Positions 1-13,595 of a DNA stretch of 64,000 nt are shown in pieces. The first letter of the stretch is position 1. The number at the start of each line of letters is the position of its first letter. The DNA is from Macrostomum lignano (Eukaryota): the NCBI GenBank assembly GCA_002269645.1, contig NIVC01001066.1, forward strand, positions 1 through 64,000, in the 5' to 3' direction. The notes under the pieces are model-generated. The model worked only from the letters and a program-made list of their open reading frames with translations. It was not told the origin of the DNA and searched no databases. A program made the position numbers and the translations under genes.

Positions 1-133
1 CAGAGTGCGGTGGTTTTCTAAGCCAACGGTCAAGCATTTTTGAAAGTATATTTCCAGCGTGGGAGGAGCGCCGGAACGGCACCAGAGTGCGGTGGTTTTC
101 TAAGCAACGGTCAAGCATTTTTGAAAGTATATT
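1..133. repeat. Two direct copies of a ~52-bp segment (1-52 and 83-133)
   Basis: CAGAGTGCGGTGGTTTTCTAAGC(C)AACGGTCAAGCATTTTTGAAAGTATATT occurs twice. Confidence 0.85.
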
Positions 134-1658
134 CTTGCGGTTTCAGAACCAGCAAGTTGAAAAGTATCTTTCTCTATTAGGAAATACACGACTGAAACTG
201 GGCAATGAGTCTTCCGAATAAGCAGAAACTTACTTGCAACAGGTACTGTAGTCCGCCATTATCCTTCAACGAATCGTGGTTCCAATCCATCCAGGAACCA
301 AGGGACAGGGAATCAAGGGGATAAAACAGAGTCATGCTTTGGGATTAGCGCTGTGAGATAAGGACAACAGGAAAGACGGGCTCCGTTAGCAAGAAGATTC
401 CCTATTTGGGAGGAGCTTGTTAGAGCAGAAACGGCTAATGGGGAGAAAATAAAAATGTGGAGTATTATAAGAATGAGGCGGGCTAGAGCAGAGAAGACAG
501 CTTTTAATACTGGCCTGAGGCGGAGGCGGCCGTGGCGCCCATGCGGTCTCCTCCGTTCCGTCTCTGCTTTCGCCTCAAAGCAGCCAACCTCAACTGGAGC
601 CTGCGACTGTGTGCGCCTGGTCCCCCCCCCCCAGGAACACTGCAGGGCATGATTGGGCGTCCCACTCTTCCCTCTTTCTCTCTCTCTCTCATGCTCGCTA
701 AGGCAAATATTTTGTTTGAATTACATTTCTGTCTCTCTTCTTAACTCGGTCTCGCTCGCTGGCTCGCCTAAATGCAAGGCTGGCCAAAATGCTCTTAGTT
801 GAATGCATACATGCATTCAGTCACTCATTGGTGGGCGCCGCGTTCGCACGCACACACACTGACACGCGCGCGGTCCTGGGGCCTCAATAAAAGCCGGCAA
901 ATATAAAATAATAAAGCCGGACTGGGGCCACACCCGGCCTGGACTGGCACAATGCCGCTGCACAAACAGGGAAAGCCAGGAGGGATAACAAGGCTAGAAG
1001 AGATGAGGTGAGAGAGAGAGCTAGTGAAAGCAGAGAGCAGAGCCAGAGTGGGGTCAGATTTCTAGGCCATAAATTTGCATTTAGGCTTCGATGTTGCCAA
1101 CTCTATAACAAGCACAAGAAGAAAAATAGAATCTGAAAGTTGAAGTAACCAAAAGCAGCAAATGCTAACCTCCCAGTTTCCTAAACTGGCAAGTGAACTA
1201 AAAAGTTTGGCTTCACAGGCGGTGTGCTAATCGGGAGATTAAACGGGATCTGATGTCCATGTGATCTTTTACTCTTACATTTTTCATATATCCATATTTG
1301 GTTATACGAGCGTGTGTAGAGGAGCGATAGTTTATGACCAGGTTGCGAGAGTGAGTAAGGCGTGGAGGCAATGAATAAATAAATATGAAAATGCGCGAAC
1401 AAGCTTATTGCGCACAATGCCTGGCATTAAAATTATTCGATTTTCTACTATTCCAAGCCGTGTTGGCGCCAAGCTAAAGGCTTTGCCAGGATTGCTAACT
1501 AGGTGCAGGAGATCTTATTACCTTTGCTGTTTTATTGCGTCCTAATATAATACTCTGTTCGAATTCATTTTCTAAATTTACTTTTATGAGCATTAAGAAA
1601 CAAACTACTCGTTTTAAAGTAGTGAATAGAAGTTGTGAAAGATAGAAAATAAAAAATA

Positions 1659-1970
1659 TCTTTAGCGCGGTTCAGGGGGCGATTCTTTAGCGCGGTTCAG
1701 GGGGCGATTCTTTAGCGCGGTTCAGGGGGCGATTCTTTAGCGCGGTTCAGGGGCGTTCTTTAGCGCGGTTCAGGGGCGATTCTTTAGCGCGGTTCAGGGG
1801 CGATTCTTTAGCGCGGTTCAGGGGGCGATTCTTTAGCGCGGTTCAGGGGCGATTCTTTAGCGCGGTTCAGGGGCGGTTCTTTAGCGCGGTTCAGGGGCGA
1901 TTCTTTAGCGCGTTCAGGGGCGATTCTTTAGCGCGGTTCAGAGACGATTCTTTGAAGCAGTTCAGGGGTG
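1659..1970. repeat. 24-25-bp minisatellite (TTTAGCGCGGTTCAGGGGGCGATTC), about 12 copies
   Basis: Direct reading. Confidence 0.95.
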
Positions 1971-4900
1971 ATTATTCAATAATTTATCGATAGCTAGGAG
2001 ACAATACTCACTACGGTTAATCGAAATCTAAAAGCCAATGAAATACTCGCTGATGGCTAGATTATTATTATTAAAAGCCGATCCCGCCCTCGCTCGCTCG
2101 CTAGTCGCAGCAAGAGTCACGCTAACTTAAACACCAAGAGCTTACCCTTCTCCATTCCGCACTGACGGACTTGGCCCTGTCTGGCCCCGCATTGCCACTT
2201 CAAATGCAGAGCAATCAATCTTTACCCGGGCCGGCGGGGCGCTGGAGAGAGAGAGAGAGAGAGCTCTCCACTGAGTCCAACTGCCGTGTGCTCGCAGACG
2301 GGAAGGCGGAGAGCGGCAAGCGGAGCAGCGGCGAGGAGGTAGGGAAATCAAATACTCAAGGAAGGAAAAGGGGCCAGAAAAAGGAAACTATGCAGGATGA
2401 ATAGGGGGGGGGGTAGAGTGGGTGGGGGGCAAGGGGGACAAGGGCAAAGAATGAGAACGATAGCTGAAGCGAAGGATGAGGAGGGGTTGGGAGTGGGAGA
2501 ATGGAGAACAGTGCTTTACGACGGCACACTCGATTGTGTGTGTAGGCAAGGAGAGGAACAGGGGAAAAGTTGAGCGGGTTGCGGCCGCTCTGCTTCTTTC
2601 TCCACTTCCTCCACCCTCCGGTCTTAAGCTTAATTCTCATATTTCTCTAGTCAGTCGTGCTCCGCTGCTGTCCACCCCAATGTTAGGCAAACCCTTTCTT
2701 TCTTGCTTGTGAAAGGAACTGGAGAGTGGGAACGACAAACTCTCATTCATATAGGCTATCGGCTCTATCGCATTGGACGCAGAAGATGAACGGTGAAAAA
2801 TTAAGTGTAGAGTTTTTACATAAGAGGGTTAGCAACCAGAAATAATTCCTCTCTAGGCGGATTTTGTGGACAATAGAGAAGGGCAGACAGGAGGGTGGGG
2901 TGCAAGTGTTTGTGCGCACAATGACGGATCGGAGAAAGTTCTACACCCCCTCCCATCCAGCGTCCCATTCTCCCGCCGGCGGCGCTCCCATACTGGTGGG
3001 CATAAAATCGGCTAATTATGCCGAGCTATTTTAGCCTAGTAAAATATAAATCATTGCAAGCGACCGTGGCATTTTTGTAGGCTGCAAAAGCATCGAATGG
3101 AGACCTATGGCAGCCGGCAAAGAACACTTTTCCGTCTTAGTTCGGCCCGCCTTACCCACCTGGCAGCGGTTAGCATCGGTGCCGCATCTGCCAGGCCGTG
3201 GCGGCGGCAGCAACCGGTGAATCAATAAACCCAGAGGACCAAGGATGGGAAGTAGTCAAGATAGGCCCCGGTCCCCAGAGCAATTTTTCGAGGCCTTTGG
3301 TAAAGCAGGAAATTGGGCAGGTAGGGTGGAGGTAAAAAATAGGGGATTAGCTTTTTGGTCGTACGTTGTTTAGACGGAAAAATGGGAGGGAGGCTGGAGG
3401 AATCGCAATCGCAATGCCAGAATTTAACCAAACGCTATCGCGGACGGTGGCACGATTGCGCAGCATAGTATATTTATCCCGGCACCAGCCAGATAGAGCT
3501 GGGAGAGAGGGAGACCGCAAGCAATTACTGCCTGTCATTGCAAAGGGTGCCGCATACATGCACATATATACGAGATACTATATATACATATGAAGCATCG
3601 GATAGATGTTATGGAAAAAGCAGATATAAGTTGGCGGCCTCGGAGCTGAGGAGCGACGGTTCTGGGCCGGGGGAATTGGGAAAGAATTATCGATCACCGG
3701 TTGACACGATACGCCAGGGATGGGACCAAAGAGACAGACTAGACTAGCGAGAGAAAGAGGACTGGATTTGGTTTCGTTCAACTGCGGCCGGTCGGCCTGG
3801 GTGTAATTATTATAATCAGACCCGATGCGGTGGTGAGACTGGCTGAACTCCGCGCGCAGCTCTTGCGAAAGCGGAAGCCCAGAGCTACTGATCAAAACTG
3901 CGCGGCACCCACGAGGGTAGGGAGGCGAGAAGGGGAGACAAAGCAGGAGATGAGCGGAGGACAACGAGGCAACGGAGAGCTGATCCCAGCGCATTTTCCA
4001 CTCAGATGGGCATTCAATTTTAAACCTATGCGCTGGACAGGAAGAAGCGAAGGGAGAGAAAAATGAGAGAGAAGATTGTGTTACAATTTTTCTTGGCGTA
4101 ATTGCCACCCTGCCTTCTCCACAAGCCGTTGCGCTGCATGGCGTGCCTAAAGCCGCTTTAATTTGCGCATGCAGCCCCCGTCAATATGGACACACGGAGC
4201 TTCAGGGACAGACAGTCGAAGCGCAACCACGGTGGGGTGCAAAGGGCTAACTTGGCAACCGAATAATGCTCCCTTCCCTAGTAGATAAAAGGAGAAAGTC
4301 CCGTCTCAGGCCAAGCAGAAAAACTGGGCCTGCGTGATGAAAACAGCAAGTTAAAGCCGAACAAGGAAAGCCAAGGCTGTCGAGCAGCGAAGCGTTCATT
4401 CCTGGGCTCCTTCTATGCTCAATGTTTTATTATTCAAAGTCATGCAGCGTGCTGCCTGAGTAGGAAGGAGTCAAGCCACCTTGACCCCACAGTGGACCTC
4501 CCTGATGTGCCTCCGGATGCATGAATAAAAATGGCTGTGTCGAAAACAGAAGCAAGAGACTGTGGAGAGCTAGCCCCGGCACGAGGACAACGCTGTTCAG
4601 CAAGGCAGAAGACAATAAAATGAATAAAGAAAACTGCTGGTCACCAGACTGGAAACTCTGCGAGGAAAATCCAAAGGGTGGACAGAAAGCCGCGGGGAAC
4701 AATTCGATCCGACATGTCGCTGGGAGGCGCAAGAGAGAGAATGAGAATGCAGAAAGGGAATGATGGAGAGAGAAATGGAGATAAATATAGGGAGACTGGG
4801 GAGTCTGGCCAAAGCTGGGAAGGATTGAATTAAGCGAAATGAGATAATGGGGAAGAGGTCCAGCGGGAGAGACGAGGCAGTGCGCCATATAGTCGCCTGA

Positions 4901-7900
4901 ACGGCGGCATATCAAGCTGCGACACGCTGGGCACCCTTGCTCTCTCGCTCGCTGCTGCCAGAGCCTCTTGTCCAACCGATTTGAATTTCAAATGGACTCT
5001 GATGGAGGAGAAAATTGTCAAGCCAAAAGCCGAAGCTTAGCCGCCGATGCCTACGCCGACTCTCAAGGCCCCTTTGAGCGCCTCACTGGTCCCTTCAGTA
5101 ATCCACTTAAAAAATGCCAACGTTTGGCCGACGACCCTCAAAGCCGGACCAGCCGCCATAAATTTAATAGACAGGGGCAGCGCACCGACACTCAGACAAA
5201 TTGATTTTACTGACCGGCCGTTCGCTTCCATTTCCCTTTCCGCAGCCGCCAAACGCAAACCTTAAAACCGATCCCAGGTTTGCATGGGGGGTCTCACTGG
5301 GAGCTGGCTGCGGATGGAAGATAGGACAGCTAAATGCAAAACGGGAGGCTCCGCTGGGAGCAACTGACACGGGACAGCTGGATAGAGCGGATATCCGTCA
5401 AAGCCAGATAAAGCAAGCGACAGAAACAGGAAATTATAACTAAACTAATGACCCGAAAGTTGACGCGAAGCTTTACATTCATCCGTGCATGATTCAGATT
5501 TATTCACTTACCATGGCCATTAAGGGCAATCGAAATCGCAAGTCCGTGATTGGTAGCGCAAAAGCCGGACAGATTTCTTGATGACGACGCTTCATAACCA
5601 TAACAGGCGGACAATTGGAGCAGAGGCAACTACTGATAACATTCAGCGCAGCGGAAAATTCGATTTTCACCCCCTTACTTTATTTTCTTTACGGTTGCTT
5701 TCTGTTTTTTTTAGCGTCGTCTCGTTGTGCTTTGAGTACAAGGGAGCCTTTCAACACAGCGAGCGGGTCGGCTTGAGCAGATTTAGGACTAAGGCGTAGC
5801 ACACCTAGACGATATATTGACACAAGTGGCGCGTGCAGAAGGAGATTTTTTGAGACCACTGGCTGTTGCCTCGTCACGGATTCGTTCAGCAGATTGGATT
5901 AACTAGGTAGGCAGCGCTGGGAAAGCAACTTCCGCGGCAGTGGATCGGAGAGAGAGGGGAGCTTTCACCCAGTTGCAGAAATCTAGCCTGAATGAATACC
6001 CAAGGACGACGCGCAGCAGATTGCAGGGTAAGCGAATGGTAGCAGCGCGCGGAGCTCTTGGATTTTTCGTTTCAGACTGGGACTGTTGCGCGATCTTTTG
6101 CTGCAATCGCCTCTGAGATTGAATAGCACGGAGCACAAGTTGAAAGTAGAGTGTGCGGCTGCTTCACGCCCGCGCCTCGGAATTTAATAGCAACAGTAAG
6201 ATTCGTTTTTTATGCGAAACTTTCTTATAAAACGATGCTCAGCCTAGCTGCTCGTTTAAATCAGGCGAAATTTAGAAGGTTGCCGTGAAAAACTGACGAA
6301 GTAAAATTCAATTAGCAAGTCTATAGGCCGGCAGTGCAGAACCGTTCCAGGGAGGGGGCAAGGTGCCTTCTATATGTTTAAAAAATAATTGCGCTGATTT
6401 CCAAGCAAGCAAGGGCCGGGCCCAAAAAAGGTATGAACAATGACGAATGGTCTTTCTGCTTTTCGTTGTCTTTGCACGAAAAAATTAGTTGATAATGTTT
6501 GCGCCAGCTAATGTAGGTATATGCGCTTATATTTATACTGCGCAGCGGCTATGTCCAATAGAATTGCTTTCTCTTTCCCTGCAAATCGACGCAGGAGAGA
6601 TTCAAGCTGGCTGTAAAACCGCTGTTGGCGGTCTCTGGACTGCTGGACCAGTGAAAGAGCGGCTCGTTAAGTCAAAGTCGAATTGTAGCCAAGCGATTGT
6701 TGAGAAGCTGCTGACTGGTGCACACAATTGGCGAGGGAAACTAAAGATATAAAACTGAAGGGGAAAATTCTCCTATGTCAGGGACCAAGGCTTCCTCTCC
6801 TCGCCAGCCCGAGGATACGGCAAATATACTCCCCATCTCTTCCCAACTCGTCCTCATCCCAAAGCACAGTCCCGAGGGGGACCAGACCCTATGCCCCCCT
6901 CCCCCATGCCCGACCCAGGAACTGACCAATGATGCGATGCCGTTCAATGAATCGCCCCTCTCGTACTTCCAAAAAAAGATTTCAAACGCGCGCAGAACAG
7001 AGAGCGCCCCCCTCTCTATGTCTCCCCTCTGCCTGCATTGCCACCATCGTGTAGAACCCTCTTGAGGCTAGCCAGCAATGATGGCGCGCTCTGGAGGAGG
7101 GGATGGAGGCAGTGAGTCTTGGGTGGAGACAGGCACCAAGGCTTCGCTGTATTATCTGCGGCCCCCAGCAGCCTCCAAATCCAACAAAGCAAACTTGAAG
7201 CTTGAGTCTGCAGTGGATGGCATGCACATTGTTGTTATTATTCGCCAAGAGAAACGCCCGACCATTGTATGATGATGTTCATTTTAAGCCTATTCACAAA
7301 CAAGCGCAGCATCCCGTCTCCATTACAGAATACAGAGATAATACAGCAAAGCCGAATTCACAGGAGACAAGCGAGTAAATAATAGAGGGGAATATGAATA
7401 TGGAAAATACATACACAGATGCGTCCCTGTTGTTTCAAATAGCTATACTGAAACTGGATACACTCCGGTGCAGGATAGTTAAGGGGCCAACCTCCGGGAG
7501 TTTAGACAGGACCAAGGGCCCACGAGAAATACTAGAAGATGCCAGCTGGCTGAGATAGCGCGGATTAAGAGGCAGAACCGGCCTGCCAGCCCCCATTCCA
7601 TCTGTCGTAATCAGCAGCTCCATTTGACAGTCTAGGGATAGCAGTTAAGTCTTTTTTCTCTCGTCTCAACCATTTCTGGCGCAAAGCTCGGCAATTAGTC
7701 ACAAGCCCTTCTCTGCCTGCCGTCTCTTATCCCCAAAAACTACATGAGCGTCGGTTTCTACTCGGATCCGACCGAATCTATATAACTTATTCGTCTCCCC
7801 CCCCCGCCCGCCAGCCCCGGACAGGCGGCCGCTTATGGCCGCGGGGATTGGCAAAGAAAATTGAGAGACAAGACAAGAATAAGCGCGCCTGAGCATATCC

Positions 7901-8627
7901 CCCGAGCATCCGAAGCTGACTTAGAGCTGGTATTCTCCTTTCCTTCCTTCCAGCCCGAATGCAAATCAGACAGTGATTTAATTCCGCTAAGGCTTTACCC
8001 AGGGCTTATTTGGTCCGGCTTCTTGACTTACTATACTCGTGGGCCGGCCCTCCCGCATTTTGTTGTACGAGCCTAAAACTGCGCCGCATTCTCCGCCTGC
8101 CTGTGTTAGAAATCGGAATGAATCAGGGATCCGACATAAGCTTTTCTTTTTTTTTGCACAGGAGAAATCGTTAACAGAAACTCCCTGTCGGTCAAGCCAG
8201 TTACTAAGTGTAATGGCATACGCTGGAATAGGCCTGCCTACCCAGCAGCTATGAGCAGACGGGAATTGTCGCTCACATTTCCAGCGGTGCAACCAGCCAG
8301 CCAAAATCCATTTGCACGCGAGCTCGGACTCGGGTAAAATCCTCGAAGTTAGATTGGGTCACTGTGCGTGTGTATGGACCCACTGTGCTGCCCTGAAAAA
8401 CTACACCCGCGGCAGGAAAGCTGCGCACAGAGCCATATACTTATTACTCCGGGAGGCTGAGCAGATTCAGATAGCGCACAGATCTGCGCAAACACGACAG
8501 CACTTAGGCAAATTAGTGTCTCTCAATAATATGCTGTATGGGCCCTTCTCTGCTTTGCATGCGAGTGACTGAGTGCAATATACGCCGAGCTTGTGGTCCA
8601 TCGCAGTTCCTACTTCTCTCTCTCCAT

Positions 8628-8697
<70 letters not shown>

Positions 8698-9528
8698 TTC
8701 CAATGCTCAGCAAACTACTGTTTCTAGTCGGATGGGGGGCTCATATTTGAGCTTGAGTTGACTTAGCTAGCAATCGGCCCCAACTTGGCTCACAAATACC
8801 CTCTTCCCTCCCCTCTCCACCGCCAGCCCCAACCGAGGCAAATTTGGCAGGTTAATAAACACGAGGCCTGGCCCTGCAGCAGCGGCGGACTTAATTAAGC
8901 AGCAGCGGATGGCAAAATCACCGGTTTATTACAATAAAGCCAGCAGGAAGGCTAGGTAACTATAGCATGCGTATAAACTGTCAGAAATGGCTCAAGCTCC
9001 CACTGCACAACATCCAATTCTCCATCTCTCAATTCACAAAAAGCATCAACCAGCTACTCCCCACCCGACTTGCCCAGGTCCAATTTCCAGGGGTGCCGCC
9101 CGCCCCGGCTAACTTATTTATCAAATCAATAGTTTTGGTAACTGGTTAGTCTTTCTGTCCCACAGCCGCACAGCTCTTAGTCAGAAACAGCATGCGGTCC
9201 GTCTAACCGTGCTAAAAACGCCTCTCTCGGAAGCTAAATAGGCACTCAGCGCTATCTAGCACTGTGGTCAATGATGGCAGCCCGGCAATCAGTCCTATTG
9301 TTTGCTTCTAAATTGCCCGCCGGGGTTGCCCGCTGCTCGCAATCGGGTGGATTTAGGATTAGGAATTAGCGGATACTGCAATAGCCAAGTCAAATTCTTA
9401 CGTGTGTCAGAAATGTTGTCAAAAGTTACAGTGTGAATTTGGAAAAATATTCTAGATGCGAAACACTGCCAGAGAGAAAATGACAGCAAAACTGTCGTCA
9501 GACTACTAATATCAGCCATAATCAATGA

Positions 9529-9826
9529 CATACATGCGCAACCTCTGAAATTCGGTCGGCCATGCGACTTAGTTTTAACAAAAATGCGACGTAGTTTTTG
9601 GCCAAAAATGCGACTTACATGTAAAAAAACCCTAAAGCAAAATTAACGCAACTTTGGGTAAACGGCAGGAGTAACTATGACTGTCTTATTAAGCCAAAAT
9701 GCCTCGTCAGCTACTTAGTACTACTACTTGATTATTTTTTCGGGTGGGCATTTTTGCGACTTCCTTGGTTGGCCGCCAAATCGGTCGGCCGGATCGGCCG
9801 ACTCGGCCGACTGTTGCGCATGTATG
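9529..9826 (+). mobile_element. MITE (hAT- or P-like, 8-bp TSD) carrying a 28S rRNA fragment, copy 1
   Basis: TIR CATACATGCGCAAC / GTTGCGCATGTATG. TSD ATCAATGA at 9521-9528 and 9827-9834. Internal ATGCGAC and CGGCCGA repeats; 28S-like segment at 9656-9719. Confidence 0.92.
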
Positions 9827-10349
9827 ATCAATGAGAAACAATTTATAGCAAAATCTACGTAGGAAGAAATAAATTGATTGCAGGATTAACCCCCTACTCC
9901 CTCCCCCCGGAAAAACCTTGCCAGATGAATGGCGGCAGGCTTACATAGCCAGCCAGTCATTGAAACCTGGGCTTAGAAAGCCTTGGCGTCCTGGCCGGAT
10001 GCTCAGAATCCCTCAGCAACCCTTTGCCCCAAATTCGCTGCGAATTTTGGCACGCAACGGATATCCTATTGATTGCTGCCAGCTACAGAGCACAATATAC
10101 GCGAGAAAAAACTTTGGCAGAAAGGGAGGGGGTTATAATCCCAATCTAGAGCTGCTTTCATTCTTCTGAGAGCGTTCGCTCACTCACCCGCTAGCGTGCT
10201 CAACTACTCACACTTTTTGACGGAGGCTAAAAAAGAAAAGTTATTTTTTAGATCAAAGTCATAAGGCCCAATTGCTTTCAAAAGAAAATGGATTAGGGTT
10301 GCCCAAGTATGCTGAATCTAATCAGACTCTTACTCATTACAAGCTCTGA

Positions 10350-10950
10350 GATCTGGGAGACTGGCTTAATCTGGGGATCTGGGAGACTGGCTTAATCTGG
10401 AGATCTGGGAGACTGGCTTAATCTGGGGATCTGGGAGACTGGTTTAATCTGAGGATCTGGGAGACTGGCTTAATCTGGGGATCTAGGAGACTGGCTTAAT
10501 CTGGGGATCTGGGTTTGGGAGAGTGGTTTAACGTGAGGTCTGGGCGAGCGGTTTAACCTCAGGTCTGAGAGAGTGGTTTAACCTGAGGTTTGGGAGAGTG
10601 GTTTAACCTCAGGTCTGGGAGAGTGGTTTAACCTCAGGTCTGGGAGAGTGGTTTAACCTCAGGTCTGGGAGAGTGGTTTAACCTCAGGTCTGGGAGAGTG
10701 GTTTAACCTCAGGTCTGGGAGAGTGGTTTAACCTCAGGTCTGGGAGAGTGGTTTAACCTAAGGTCTGGGAGAGTGGTTTAACCTCAGGTCTGGGAGAGTG
10801 GTTTAACCTCAGGTCTAGGAGAGCGGTTTAACCTCAGGTCTAGGAGAGCGGTTTAACCTGAGGTTTGGGACAGTGGTTTAACCTGAGGTCTGGGAGAGTG
10901 TTTTAACCTGAGGTCTGGGAGAGTGGTTTAACCTCAGGTCTGGGAGAGTG
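10350..10950. repeat. Two-variant minisatellite: 26-bp unit, then 25-bp unit (AGGTCTGGGAGAGTGGTTTAACCTC)
   Basis: Direct reading; variants switch at about 10510. Confidence 0.95.
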
Positions 10951-12614
10951 GTTAAAACAGAAGAGCAGTGAAAGAGATTGCTTTACCCGTACATATATAC
11001 TATGCAATTCGTAATTGTATGAGACGAATACTAAATTCCCATTCTGTAAGAGCAAGCGAGATTCGTGCCTTCTACTTAAAGTAGATAGATGGACATGTGA
11101 AAAAATCAAGTGGCACAGCGCTGGTTAAAGCGGAAATGAAATGCGTTTGCAGTATTTGCTGCCTTTTGGAGACAATTTTACCACAAGCGGATGCTGCCGC
11201 GCCAAATGGTTAGCCAGCGTTTATCTGTCAGAGAATTAGCCGCGCAGTTCGAATGAAAAAGAAATTTATTCGCAATATTTGCCAGCCCTATGCACTGGCC
11301 CAGCCAATTAGGAAACACACGAGTTTAATTGCGCACGATTCAGCATTTTATTTTGACAATTTCCCCTTTCAAAAGAGCCGGTTAGAATTTAAAATGTCGG
11401 GAGGTTTTCTGTGTGTCGAGAATCTCATTCGCTTTGCCGCAATGCGCCCAACAAATAGGAAAAAATGCAATGCACAAGCACAGTTGCACAGGAAGTGCGC
11501 AAGCTATGATTTTTTATACTTTAGCTGAGGCTCTCAAAGAGCTCAAATACGCTCGCATATGGCATGCACTATCAAGTGCAATTCGTTTTTATTTTGAGCA
11601 GTTTTGTGAAAACTCTCTCGTCCCCAAATTCCAACAAAATTTTCTCTCATGTATTATCTCATATCTCATGTTATTCGCTACAATCTGGATTTAGCGCTCG
11701 AAAAAACGCGCTCGAATATTCGAGTCAGAGAGCAAAAATGGGGGGTTGGGGGATGGGGAGCAGCGGCTGCTGATGAAGCTAACGGAAAGAAACTGGATAC
11801 TGCCCAGCCATGAGCAATTGCAATTGCAATATAGATTGCGGCAACGGGAAGGGCTGAGAGGAGTTGGGGCAGCGGCCGGGGAGAGCCTCGGGCTTGAGTA
11901 AACTCGAACTGCTAAACTGTAACGAGTAGTCAGAGCTCAGAGCTACTGCTAGGCCGCACTGTATCTAGAATTTATTCTCTGGGACAGCCGGCAGCTGGGC
12001 GGACGCGGAACCGGAGAGGAGGGGGATAAGGGAGAAATGGGATCGCAGGATCACAGAATTTATAATTGGCCGGGCAGGCGAGCAGGGCACGATCCGTATG
12101 GATGGGATCTGGGATTCGAATATAAGAGATGGGAGAGATGAGGCGGGGGAGCTTCTGCAAAACTCGCGAGTGGTGGGAGATATTGGTTATCGCTGGCAAT
12201 TAACCTCTCCAACGGCTGAGGATATATGGGGGAGGGGGGTGGGTGATGTAGCTAGCTATGCATACTCTGGGCCAGCTGGAAAAAGAAGCTGAGAGAGAGA
12301 AACAGACATAGCCCCGTGAGAGTCCAGAGCAGGCGTGAGCATACTGTGAATACTATATGCTACAGACTAGTTGAGTAGATTTGGAAGAATTAAAAATGCA
12401 AGCCTAGTTTTTTCACACCTATATACGCGAGCGCAAACGGACTGACGCTTCTTGATTAAATATTTAGTTTTCAAAAACTGCACGGCCATAAAACATACAG
12501 GGGTGAATCAGTACTGACCAGGTGCAATACCAGCATTGTCATGGATCTTGAGAAATACAGGCAGCGGATCACTCACAAGCTGCGCTTCGAACATTGCGTG
12601 CAATCAAGAATACA

Positions 12615-13155
12615 TGAATTTGCAACCAAAATATCCAAGCTTGCAACTGGAGATTTCAAGTTTGCAACCAAGATATCCAAAGCTTGCAACTGGAGATTTC
12701 GAGTTTTCAACCAAGATATCCAAAGCTTGCAACTGGAGATTTCGAGTTTTCAACCAAGATTTCCAAAGCTTGCAACTGGGAATTTCGAGCTTGCAACTGG
12801 GAATTTCGAGCTTGCAACTGGGAATTTTGAGCTTGCAACTGGGAATTTCGAGCTTGCAACTGGGAATTTTGAGCTTGCAACTGGGAATTTTGAGCTTGCA
12901 ACTGGGAATTTTGAGCTTGCAACTGGGAATTTTGAGCTTGCAACTGGGAATTTCGAGCTTGCAACTGGGAATTTCGAGCTTGCAACTGGGAATTTCGAGC
13001 TTGCAACTGGGAATTTTGTGCTTGCAACTGGGAATTTTGAGCTTGCAACTGGTAATTTCGAGCTTGCAACTGGGAATTTTGAGCTTGCAACTGGGAATTT
13101 CGAGCTTGCAACTGGGAATTTTGAGCTTGCAACTGGAAATTTTGAGCTTGCAACC
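12615..13155. repeat. 21-bp minisatellite (GAGCTTGCAACTGGGAATTT[C/T]), preceded by longer related units
   Basis: Direct reading; explains the multi-frame ORFs. Confidence 0.95.
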
Positions 13156-13214
13156 AATACAATGGGTGTTTTGCAAGACCAATCAAATCAAGTAATTAAG
13201 CAGAAGCCACTCAC

Positions 13215-13595
13215 GGGATCCACATAGCTGCCATATAGAATAGCCTTTGGCGGCACATTCGGGTGGTACTGGCTGCGCCCAGGCGACGGCCCCATGTGGC
13301 CTCCGCCTCCGCCGCCGCCGTGCGGCCCCAGACCCGGGTGATGGCCGGACCTGCCGTCCCCGGCGCTGCCGCCGCCGCTCTGATCCTGCTGAGGCATGTA
13401 GCTCTGCTGCTGAAGGATTAGCATATCCGATTGGGGATCGCCGGTTGTTGCTGCCGCCGCAGTTGCCGACTGCTGGTTGTGATGATTGGGCCCCGCCCGA
13501 GCCTGATGCTGCTGCTGCTGGAAATAAACACCGCCGCCGGGTTGACCGTTCTGATAGGGCACTGGCACCGGGTAGCCGTAGGCGGAGCCGCTAGA
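13215..13595 (-). CDS. Same gene, Q/G/H/P-rich exon (SSGSAYGY...KAILYGSYVDP)
   Basis: ttgcattgcag| acceptor and CCC|gtgagt donor, 381 nt, phase 0-0. Confidence 0.75.

Noticed and set aside
9656-9719. Functional 28S rRNA gene
   Set aside because: Only about 64 nt match, it is embedded between TIRs and TSDs, and no other rDNA lies nearby.
12536-13227. Long ORFs (ELATGNF repeats and others) in several frames
   Set aside because: Artefact of a 21-bp repeat; no coding context. The same applies to ORFs over the 20-, 32-, 33-, 43/44-bp and (GACA)n, (CT)n arrays.
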